A stretch of DNA of 64,000 nt, taken from positions 242,420,001 through 242,484,000 of the forward strand of contig OZ024742.1 in the NCBI GenBank assembly GCA_964016885.1. Direction: 5' to 3'. Source of the DNA: Eledone cirrhosa (lineage: Eukaryota). Position 1 is the first letter of the stretch; each line of letters opens with the position of its first letter. Made by a program: the position numbers and the translations under genes. Below are positions 53,009 to 64,000 of this stretch, in pieces. A model generated the notes under the pieces. That model worked only from the letters and a program-made list of their open reading frames with translations. It did no database searches and had not been told where the DNA came from.

Positions 53009-53331
53009 ATACCCTTCTGCCAGATGGTTGAACGTTCGAAAGTATATACTTTCCTTATGAAAATTAACGGCTGAGCAGCCTAATTTGCATATCGAGTGAG
53101 TTCAATCGGCCAGGCGCACCGAAAACAATAAGTTGTAATAAAATGAAAACGAAATTTCATTTCTCACTCTTAGTGCGGCACTTACTTAAATGTAAGTTTT
53201 ATTACAACTTATCCTTTTCGGTGCGCCTGGCCGACTGAACTCACTCGATATGCAAATTAGGCTGCTCAGCTGTTAATTTTCATAAGGAAAGTATATACTT
53301 TCGAACGTTCAACCATCTGGCAGAAGGGTAT

Positions 53332-53374
53332 ACGGTGCTGATGATAGCTAAGAAGCTTGAAACTAGTACATCGT
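53332..53374 (+). ncRNA. Hammerhead ribozyme, family A
   Basis: ACGGTG-CTGATGA-TAGC TAAGAA GCTT-GAA-ACTAGT-A-CATCGT. Confidence 0.87.
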
Positions 53375-53599
53375 TCCTGTGTCAGTGTTGAACAAAAAGG
53401 TGACGTGGTTGCCTTAACACAGTACGGCATAAATTCAGGCTGTCAGTTTGTTTACAAACGGACAAAGCGGGCGTTATAATAAACGTCCGCTAAACTGATA
53501 CGTACATATATGTATGTGTACCTGTATGTATATATATATATATGCATGCTACTGTACGTCTGTATACACATATGCATGTACGTATACATACATACTTAC

Positions 53600-53662
<63 letters not shown>

Positions 53663-53715
53663 CATCCATATATATATATATATATAACGATCTATAAATA
53701 TATATATATATATAT

Positions 53716-55300
53716 ATTTATTAAAACAACAGATTAAAGTTTAAGCAAAGAATCGCTGCTTTCACCCTTAACGGGATCTTCTGAAACTAACAAAGTCAAT
53801 CTGTAAACGCAGAAGTGGATATTTAAAAAAACGTTGCAACCGGAGGAAGACAGGAAAGACGATACTTTGGTTCGTGGAAACGTTCCCTGGCAAAGAACGG
53901 GAAAAAACGAATATAATACGTCATTAATAGGAGAGGTGAAAAACAATTACACGCAAAGACAGAACCACGTTTATGGTATAGAAGAAGTCGTAGACTAATG
54001 TTCTCTTAGGTGATTCATAGAGACGTTCTCAGGCAATGAACGGAAAAACGAAGATAATTCGTCATATGTGGACCATGGAGAACAATTGTATGCGAAGACA
54101 AAACCACGTAAATGGTATAGCTGAAATCGTAGACTAAAATTCTAACTAGGAGACCGAATGAATCTCCGCTTCAGAGTTAAGAATATAGTAAACCAGATAG
54201 AAAAATGCGTACAGCAAAAAAAAGTAATATTGTTGGAATATAAACCTTTAAAAATACAGGACAAGAAACTAAAATAAAACTTTAAAAGAATAGGACAAGA
54301 AACTAAGATAAAACTTTAAAAGAATAGGACAAGAAACTAAGATAAAACTTTAAAGAATTGGACAAGAAATAAAAAAATTTACAATAATATTAGTGGCAAA
54401 ATTTTTATTTGTAAAAAATCGAGTTCCACATTCATAGGCTCTGGGTTCCACATTCAGAGGTCGTCGTCAGACCGGGGGGATCATTTGATCCTGGTTTGAA
54501 CACCAATTGGGCCATAACCATACCCCTATTTCATCATTCGGCGACACGCCTCATGTGTCATGCATAATATGAATGGACCCATGGGCCCATGAGCACAGAT
54601 CTTGAGCAGCAGCGGACGGTCTTGTCGTCCCGCTCATCCTTGATCTTGACCAACTCGTCCATCTTCTCCTAGCATCTTGTCCTTGAGTTCAAGTCCGGCA
54701 GTTCAGATGAATGCGTGCCACAGCGTTCTGGTACAGGAAGGGGGAGCAGGAGGACTGGAGGGATGATGGGACAGAGGGAGGGAGGACCGGTGGTTGAGGG
54801 AGGTGCCGTAGTCGGTGGTCAGAGTCGACATCTTGTCCCGGTCGTCTTCTCCATCTTCGTCTGGTGTTGCGGGACCAGAAGTGCATTCTTGGAGGAGACC
54901 TGCAGCTGCATCGGCCAATTCTTCTTGCAATGGTCATTCTGACGGAGCAGAACTGCTGAGCCAACCAACCCCAACCATAACCAACCGCTCAGGGGCAACG
55001 CACAATGAGAGCATGACAATTAATATGCACTAATCAAGAAGATACTGGGGCATAGCACAGGAAACGAATTAAAAAATGTTGTCACTAATATTATTGTAAA
55101 CTCTTTTATTTCTTGTCCAATTCTTTAAAGTTTTATCTTAGTTTCTTGTCCTATTCTTTTAAAGTTTTATCTTAGTTTCTTGTCCTATTCTTTTAAAGTT
55201 TTATTTTAGTTTCTTGTCCTGTATTTTTAAAGGTTTATATTCCAACAATATTACTTTTTTTTGCTGTACGCATTTTTCTATCTGGTCTACTATTTTTTAA
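53716..55300 (-). mobile_element. Composite family C element: HHR-like end (53738-53788), internal tandem repeats, GC-rich insert and inverted duplication
   Basis: ~145-bp duplication at ~53880-54150; 34-bp tandem units; ~54177-54408 inverted at ~55071-55300. Confidence 0.65.
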
Positions 55301-56050
55301 GGCAATGCAAGCAACAACTATCTAATAATTAAATGATCATAGGGAATTACTGACAAGTGATTGACATTTTAAAGTTCTTTTGAGTATAATTGCAATCTAG
55401 TTGAGGCAACTGGCTTAATGACAAAGCTACGTCATTTCTGGATTACCTCCCCTAGCGTCACGCTTACTACTCGCTCCTTGAACACAACATTTATCAGCAA
55501 ACTTTGATTATAAACTTTTTCCCGCTGGACCAAATTTCTAGATTTTTAAGCCAAAAGATGCGTAATGATCTACTGTTCATGCTCATATAAGTTTTATCTC
55601 AGTTAAATAAAGTAGAGCCGCGCTGTACTGTCGTAAACAGACGATTGCCAACGAAAACACGACCACAACAATATTACTAAACGGACTACCGTCCGTTTAG
55701 GATAAAATACAATACAGAGGTAATAGAAATTAAATCAATATTTGCTCTACGGTTCTTATATATTTGATATATATTTATCCTTATCGAGCTCTCTTTGGAT
55801 TTTAGTCTTCAAATTTATTATTATTACTATATATATATATATTTAATACATTAACAGAGAAAGCTTTAAGCGATACTCTGACCAACTCACTTAACAAACA
55901 TTAGGATATACCTAAGCATAATCACAATTAAGTGTTTGGGGTGCTAACTATATAGTATTCCGTGGAAAGTTGGTTGTATTATTTTATGAGACATAATTAA
56001 ATAATTCTATATATATACATATATACATATATATACATATATATACACAT

Positions 56051-56085
<35 letters not shown>

Positions 56086-56137
56086 TACATACACACACAT
56101 ACACATATATACATTCATACATATACACACACATACA

Positions 56138-56198
56138 TGATGATTTCTCCCGAATGAAACAGTTCTAGTCCTGTAGAAGCTATTTCTATATTAAATAT
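56138..56198 (+). mobile_element. Family B pLTR 3' fragment truncated inside the HHR core
   Basis: TGATGATTTCTCCCGAATGAAACAGTTCTAGTCCTGTAGAAGC. Confidence 0.7.
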
Positions 56199-56494
56199 AG
56201 ATATATGCGTTTGCGCACGCGCGCGCGCGCGCGTGTGTGTGTGTATGTGTATACATACATATATATACATTAATATCTGAGTAAAACGTAATGAAGTCTG
56301 CCCTATATGTGTTGTTTACAGTGCGGTTATATTTGAAGACGGTTTGGCATCTCCTTTTAATAGGAATGCTCTTGTTCGCTCGACCATGTAAGATGTACTC
56401 GTCGAGAGATGACATCATAAATTAAGCAAGTCATTACTTAATAATGCAAGGCATTTCATCGGCCATTCAGCGAGGAAGCCTTATTATCCTGAAA

Positions 56495-57335
56495 ACAATT
56501 TTAGTTTCTGATTTAGGCACGATGCCAACAATTTTAGGGAAGAGGAAAGTCGATTAAATCAACCCCGTTGCGTTACTGGTATTTTATATGTTGGACCTCG
56601 TAAGGATAAAAGGCAAGGCTAATTTTGGCGGGATTTCAACTCAGAACGTAAAAGGACGTAACTATATGCCGCAAAGCATGTTGTCCGACGCTCTACCGAT
56701 AATGTCCATACACTTTTCTAATCCGGGAAACAATTATAAAATAAAATATAATAATTGTTTCTACTTTAGGCACAAGGCCAGCAATTAGCCCGTGCATTAC
56801 TGGTACTTTATTTTATCGACCCCGTAAGGATGAAAGGGAAAGTTAACCTTGGCGGGATTTGAACTCAAACCGTAAAGGGACGTAACTGTGCTGCAAAGCA
56901 TGGCGTCCGACCCTCTATCGATACTGCCAATAATGGTTTCTGATTTAGGCACAAGGCCAGCAATTTTGGGAGAGGAGAAAGTCAATTAAATCGACCCCAG
57001 TGCGTGACTAGTACTTTATTTTATGGACCCAATAAGGATTAAAAGCAAAGCTAACTTCGGCAGGATTTGAACTCAGAACATAAAGGGTTGCATCGCTAAG
57101 CTGTGGCGCAAGGTGTCCGACGCTCTACCTATACTGCCAATTCACCATAATAGTTTCTATTTTTGGCACAAAGCCAGCAATTATCCCATTGCATTACTGT
57201 TACTTTATTTTATCGACCCCGTAAGGATGTAAGGCGAAGTTAACCTCGGTGGGATTTGAACTCACAGCATAAAGGGCCGTAACTCTATGCTGCAAAGTAT
57301 AGCGTCCGACCCTCTACCGATACTGCCAATCCACT
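56495..57335 (-). mobile_element. Four tandem SINE S1 copies
   Basis: Four head-to-tail repeats of the ~190-230 bp SINE. Confidence 0.85.
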
Positions 57336-57557
57336 GTAATAATAGCAGTTTGTTCAAGCACGTGGCAAAGTCTGTTATTTTGAAACTTCCAAGCATGAAA
57401 AAAAAGATGAAGTATCCTTGACCCACTTATCTAATATTAATATTTCAGTTTCTGCTGTGCAAGAATATTATTCTTAAGAGTATTGAACAGAAATGTATAT
57501 TAAAGTTTTTAATAAAGACTAAAGTGAAATAACGACGTGTAGCCATTATTAATTGTA

Positions 57558-57955
57558 GGGCGGTGGATTGGTACTATCGGTAGAGAGACGGATGCCATGC
57601 TTCCCACCATAGTTACGTCCCTTTACAGTCTGAGTTCAAATCCCGCCGAGGCTAACTTTAGTTTTCATCCTTACGGGGTCGATGAAATAAAATACCTGTA
57701 ATGCATTGGGGTAATTTCTGGCCTTGTGCCAAAAGTAAAAACAATTATTAATTGTAGGGCGGTGAATTAGCATTATCGATAGAGCGTCAGACACCATGCT
57801 TTGCAGCATAGAGTTCCGACCCTTTACGTCCTGAGTTCAAATCCGGCCAAGGTTAACTTTGCCTTTCATCCTTACGGGGTCGATAAAATAAAGCACCAGT
57901 AATGTACTGGGTGATTGCTGGCCTTGTGCCAAAAGTAGAAACAATTATTAATTGT
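57558..57955 (+). mobile_element. Two tandem SINE S1 copies
   Basis: ATTATTAATTGTA occurs before, between and after the copies. Confidence 0.85.
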
Positions 57956-58091
57956 ATTCCCCGTCACACACTGATTCGAAACATAGATATTACACTATCA
58001 GCATGACATTTTACATCCTGCAATAGTAAATATTGTTAGTTACATGTCCTCCCCTCTTCTCTGCTTCATCATTTAGCATTTATATTACTCT

Positions 58092-58272
58092 AGATTGGCA
58101 GTATCGGTAGAGGGTCGGACGCCATGCTTTCCAGCATAGTTACGTCCCTTTACGATCTGAGTTCAAGTCCCGCCGAGGTTGACTTTGCCTTTCATCCTTA
58201 CGGGGTCGATAAAATAAAGTACCAGTAATGCACTGGGTATTTGCTGGCCTTGTGCCTAAAGTAGAAACAATT
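58092..58272 (+). mobile_element. SINE S1
   Basis: Near-consensus copy. Confidence 0.85.
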
Positions 58273-58488
58273 ATATTTTCAAGGTAAAGGCTCTACCTCA
58301 CATTATCTCACATAATATTGAATCTATGAGATTTTGATATTATTTATTTTGAGCAGCCAGTTACAGCTGGTTTGAACAGAGAGAGGTGAGAGAATTCTGG
58401 CTAGATACGGCCGGTTTAAATGCTAAAGGGTTAAATCATACCCACACGTACACACACACGCACAACGACACACACACACACACACACA

Positions 58489-58574
<86 letters not shown>

Positions 58575-58799
58575 TATATTTTCCAAAAATAGCAATACAA
58601 CAAATATATATATCAATTTCCACTATTTGGCATGATGCGACACTTTTTCCGATTAAATCAACCTATTACTTGACTGCAACTTTATTTTACCATCACTACA
58701 AGAATAACATGCAGTATTGGCTATATTTGGATTTCAATCCAGAACATAAACGAGTGTAATTAGATAACGCAAAGCATGTTTGTGAGTACGAGGATCTCA

Positions 58800-59265
58800 G
58801 TCTTCGCAGCACTGATGTCCATTCCTGTCCCGCTACACTTGGCAGTTCCATCTTAACTGTAGGTAGCAGACCTAGACCGCGGAGATGGCAAGCACCCCAA
58901 CGGAATCACCCTCTTCCCATTCGAAAGTGGTAGATCCCTCATCTGGGATGCCACCTGCTGCGACAAGTTCTCCGCCTCCAACTCAGTCGCTCGGCCCCAA
59001 ACCCCGGCATCGCAGCCCCCTCCCCCCTCTCGCAGGAGAGCGTAAAATAAACAAATACCTGGGTTTGTCCAGCCGCTTCCTCTTCGCACCGGTCGCTGTC
59101 GAGACTTCAGGCATACTTGGACCCCGTACTGCCGAACTCCTCCGCAAGATCGGAGCGTCGTCGGCCTGTCTGCAGCCCCGCGAGGTTGGGTGGCTGTTGC
59201 AGGAGTGTCACTGGCCATCGTCCGGGGGGATGCTTTTGCCGTCTTGTCCGCGGAGCCCAGCACTC
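58800..59265 (+). mobile_element. CRE-like LINE restriction-like endonuclease fragment
   Basis: DLDRGDGKHPNGITLFPFESGRSLIWDATCCDKF..FAPVAVETSGILGP..EVGWLLQ. Confidence 0.82.
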
Positions 59266-59699
59266 CTACCCTCTTTCCCTAGGCCAAAACCCCAATCGCC
59301 ATCCGTCTTCCTCCATCCCCGCTTTTCTGCGACACCAGAGCTCTTGCCACCCCCTCCCTTACCCATTCTTTTTCTTCTTCCTTTCTCTCTTCTTTTTCTA
59401 TATTTCCCTATTCTTTCTTTCATTTTGTTTCGCCTTTCTTTTATTTTTTCTTACTAAATAATTGTTTCTACTTTTGGCACAAGGCCAGTAATTAGCCAAT
59501 GCATTACTGGTACTTTATTTTTTCTTACTAAATAATGTTTGTTTTTTGCTTTTGAATAAATTACTCAGAGGTTCTTACAGAAAAAAAAACTGAGATAGTA
59601 TATACATAGCTTACGATTACTTATTCAATATAGTTAGAAGCTTAGAACAGCTGCCAAATCCACCACGACCACAAAAAAAATTATAAATTGCATATCGAA

Positions 59700-59909
59700 A
59701 CCATGCAACGTGGGTGTCTGAATCTACCAGGGTGCGTACTGTCGCTTCTCTTGTTCATAATCTTCATGAACAGGATAGACATGTGCCACCGAGCTGGAAG
59801 TGATATCATAACTAGTTGGTGTAGAATCAGTCGACTGGAATTTGCAGACGACATGTTACTACTTTACTCGTCGCAAGATCTCCAATATGCACTTGATAGG
59901 TTTTCTTAA
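59700..59909 (+). mobile_element. LINE RT core fragment (RTE-like)
   Basis: GCVLSLLLFIIFMNRI..LEFADDMLL..QDLQYALDRF. Confidence 0.8.
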
Positions 59910-60349
59910 GTTATAAATCTAACGATATCCTTTTACAAAAAGAAAGATACATTATACAATATTTATTGTGAGCTTCGATGTATTGTGTTAATAATTAATC
60001 AAGACTGATATTATTGCAAACAAACCAGACTTAATCTTTTCTTGTCTTACCAAGCATATATTTAACGTTATTGCAAAGCAAGATCTGTCTTGTAATCATG
60101 CTGCCTGGGGTTTATTAATTGTTTAACATTTTTTCATAATGGGAGTTTGAATTGAATTGATATGCAAGTGTTATTCTGGTATCATTTAGCAGTAATGCTC
60201 GAAGAGGTATTTTGCAACTCAAGACATTTACATATATACAAGACCTGGTTCTTAATTGTTTAAGACATTGCTCCTCAAAGATACGAGCAAGTCCACATAT
60301 ATATTTATGACATATATATTGTTTTATTGTAGCTATTCCTTTGTCTTTA

Positions 60350-60455
60350 ATAGAGAAGAGGGCATGCAGAGCTAGGTGGATGCTTTTGACAGCGCAGCTA
60401 CAAAGTTCGGCTCAAAGGTTTACATTGGCAACAGTGAAATTCATTGTCATGCATG
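60350..60455 (+). mobile_element. Very old LINE RT remnant
   Basis: EEGMQS*VDAFDSAATKFG..EI resembles the post-ADD helix of RTE RTs. Confidence 0.4.
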
Positions 60456-63400
60456 TCTTGACCGAACCATGTCGAACAACCATTTATGATATATATCCGT
60501 ACCAATCATAAACTAAGTGGCTAAATCTATTCAGCTTGTTTTAAAATTTACGAATGCTTAGGCTACAGTTATGTGCGAATGCAAGTAATCAATATTATAA
60601 TTTTTGTCATTACCTACTCTTACTAATATGGCTAGAAAGTTTAAGATGTCACGCGGTCTAACCGCATCATCGAACTCATGGCTGACTTTAGTGCTGTTTG
60701 CTTTTTTACAAGCATGCTGACTAAATCTTCAGAGTGCCAGCCCTGCAACATTTCTTTCTGGAGATATTGACTTGCAGATGTTCACATCTTGCTTATCTTT
60801 CAACCATATTATATATATATATAGTACGCCACTGAGTACCCTATCCAAGTAATCACAATACTAGCTACGAGTCTTTCATGAATATCTAAATATCTTTCAA
60901 GTCTTATATTTTTCTAAGTAAACTAGCTATAAACCCCACAATACATATATTACTAATATTACAAAAATGTATCTATGCATATTTCAAAGTACTATCCAGC
61001 TTTTAAATCCAGTTTGAAATACACATCGGTGTAAAACAAATACTTTCACGTTGTTTTCTATTGTCTTTCACAGAGACACAGAAATACTTGAACTTTACAG
61101 GTTATTGAAACATTCAACAATATAATAAAGTCTCGTTTCAGAGCAGTAAACTACATCACCCTTTATGTACGATGATTTTATCCAGATCATCATATATAAA
61201 ATGTGTGTGGTAACTAATAATCGAAATTCTAAACAGAATTTTTAAAAATCTAGCTTACCGTTATATTTATACAGCCCAGCATGTTAGGATAATTCTTCTG
61301 TTACTTTTGTTATTACTTAAATCTGAGAGCTTGTATGCAGTTATGTTGATAAGAATATCTGCTAAAAGTGACATATGATATGAATATAATTCCCTGCGCT
61401 TACGAATTCATCCATATTACAAGGCAGAAAAATGAACTTCGCTCCACTTAAACAAATGCATAGCCCACATTTTTAAAGCAATACATTAATCTTATACAAC
61501 CTCTACTTTGACCCCATCTTTTGCACTATTACATCATCTGAACTATTATTATTTTCCTCGTATTTCTCACGGCATAACGATATGTCTGTGTATTTTTTTA
61601 ATATGTTCCACGATGTATTTATTTTCTGTCGGTTTCGTGTACTTTTGTGACATAGTTTCATGCATTTGTCTACATACTGTGCCCCTACACATTCACAAGT
61701 ATAGACTTATTGCATATTTAAATTTTATCTTCTGAAATTTTTATTTTTTCATTTACTTATTTATTTGGTAATATTCCAAATACTGTAATATGTAGGAAAC
61801 CTGATCTCAAATCACCCATTCTTGCCCAGACTATTTAGTTTTCAAGTCGTACAAATCCTTCCTCTGAAACGACGAGTGTATACCATTGTGTGGGTGTGGC
61901 TGTATATTTATGTATATATAGCCATGCAGGTGTGTGTCTGTAGTTATAATTGTATGAATGTAGCTTTTCTATTTGATGCTGCTCTACCTTGGGAATAACT
62001 AAAGTACAAACTATGATATGCATTTTTAAGATACGTCAATAAAATAATTTCCTTTGTGACCGTATACCTGCGAGACCAAAGAAGCTTCGTCCTAATAATT
62101 CATAAATTTCTTCTGGAATCTTTCCATAATCAGTGCTTGCCTGTTTCGTGTAGTCAATATATCTACTTGAATGAAAGGCGATGGATAACAAAATCGGTAG
62201 TGTGCCGGGCAAAATGCCTAACTGTATTTAGTTGCATTCTTTTGTGTTTTGAGCTCAACTCCTGTAGGTATTGACTTTCCTTTTCATACATCTGAGATTG
62301 ATAATGTTAAGGCCAGTAATATACAGAACAGTGGGTTAAGACACGGTACACGTAACCTTGTGCCAATGCTAGGAATCAATAAGTGTTTTTGCTGTTCCTA
62401 TTTGTATTTTTATTAGTTTTAAGACATTTACAAATTAACCACCTACACTCATATATGTTTCAATCAACATAGAGTAAACTATGGTGTCTCAACATATAAC
62501 TTAAAAGATTTTGCCAGCCAGTGTTATTAAGTTACAAATTACAGGGGCTAATACTGGTCAAAACCTAGCAAAGCCCTCAATGTTATATAACATTACATAT
62601 ATATATGTCTGCGCACGTATGCGTGTGCGCGCGTATGTGTGTGCGCGCGTGCGTGTGTGTGTGTTTGTGCGCGGGTGTGTGTGCGTGCATGTGTGTGTGC
62701 GCGTGTGCGTGTGTATGCGTGTGTGTGTGGTCGTCTGGAATTACATACGTATATATAATTTATACTTAAAAATCTAAAATGTTTATATTCATAATCTCTG
62801 GTTGCTGTAAATCATTAACATAGAGGTATTTCAGTGTTAGTTTGGACTATGTTAGACGCTAATTGAGACAGCCTATGTACTCTGTTGATGAAGTAGCTAC
62901 TAAATGGATATGATGACAAACTTTATCACTGTTATGGACAACTGACGAACTATAATTCACGAAGACTTTCATTAGCTTATACTGGATAATTACATTTTTG
63001 TCAAGAGCATACATCATATAGTTAATTGATGTGTGATACGTGTGACACGCGGGGTGCACATGAAAAAGATCATACGCAGTTAGCTTTGAATATGAGCCTC
63101 GAAGTGGTGCCCGGCGTAATTACCTCCCGAAGTCACAGATTTACTAAGATAGGCAACAGTGCATCCCAATTTTTATGTGACTCGTATACTCGACTCAAAC
63201 ATATGCCAAACATTAAAGTATAGGCGTTGTAAATAGATCTTATGTCTTTATTAGTCCCTACTAGACTAAATAGTTATAGCTACAGGATACTTTATGTTTG
63301 TTTATTAAATATAAATAATATATAGGTGGCAAAGCTACAGTAATGATCCACCCGATTGTGTTTCTTCATTTTTCTTAATAATGCATATTTTGTAAACATA

Positions 63401-63725
63401 CATTATCGAAAGTGTAGATTATCTCGATGAAAATATTAATTCTATAGATGCGGTTCTTAATTGTTAAAATGGCATTAAGTTTCAGTGTGTTTTTTTGTTT
63501 TTGTTTTTTTCATTATAAACATGAACATGGAAGGCGAAACGAAAACATTCTGAATTTACTTTTAGCGTAATTACAAATGGAAATATTTTAATATATACAT
63601 ATATATCTGAGGTATATGATTTTTAATGCGATGAAATACCAATGATGGTTGGCAAATCACTGACGAGGGACTAATTTTATAATATGTAACCCATGTGCAA
63701 CCACGCAGTATTTCTCTTTCTTCTC

Positions 63726-63762
<37 letters not shown>

Positions 63763-64000
63763 ACGATATATTTAATCGATTTCCACGTGCTATTGAAATG
63801 GTGGGTAAATATTATATGGCTGTTGATCGCGAATAGATGGCTATCGTTTATTTATGTATTATTTCTTCATAGGTGCCTTTTAATCTTATAGCCTGGTTTA
63901 ATTGTTTTTTTTTTGTGTGGTTCATTATGCTAATTGGGAGAGGAAATTGAGTGTATATCTTATCGAATGATTCTAAGGACATAATTTATAGTATATATAT

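Larger units (their letters stand above)
52645..53605. mobile_element. Retrozyme-like family A, locus 4: ~1.15 units on minus plus a near-complete inverted unit on plus
   Basis: ATAAGTTGTAAT recurs at ~52645 and ~53128; inversion junction ~53197. Confidence 0.85.

Noticed and set aside
54255-54372. 34-bp repeats as a CRISPR array
   Set aside because: Contiguous tandem units without spacers, no cas genes, eukaryotic context.

Overview
AT-rich, microsatellite-dense animal genomic DNA; the SINE and LINE-tail repertoire suggests an octopus or other coleoid cephalopod (inference). I cannot support any intact host gene, so the window looks intronic or intergenic. It holds four decayed Penelope-like retroelement (PLE) bodies with RT and/or GIY-YIG endonuclease (1673-1975, 10049-11086, 19863-21075, 38419-41410). 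It also has RTE, R4/Dong-like and CRE-like LINE fragments, tRNA-derived SINEs often in tandem, non-autonomous Helitrons and MITEs. The main signal is non-coding: about 20 minimal type I hammerhead ribozyme (HHR) motifs from about 9 unrelated families, nearly all in short elements inside (TA)n tracts. One family is an ORF-less, tandemly repeated ~430-480 bp unit with an intact HHR, found at four loci, each with an inverted segment. It fits a retrozyme: a PLE-mobilised element that may produce circular RNA. All HHR folds were made by eye and none has been tested.
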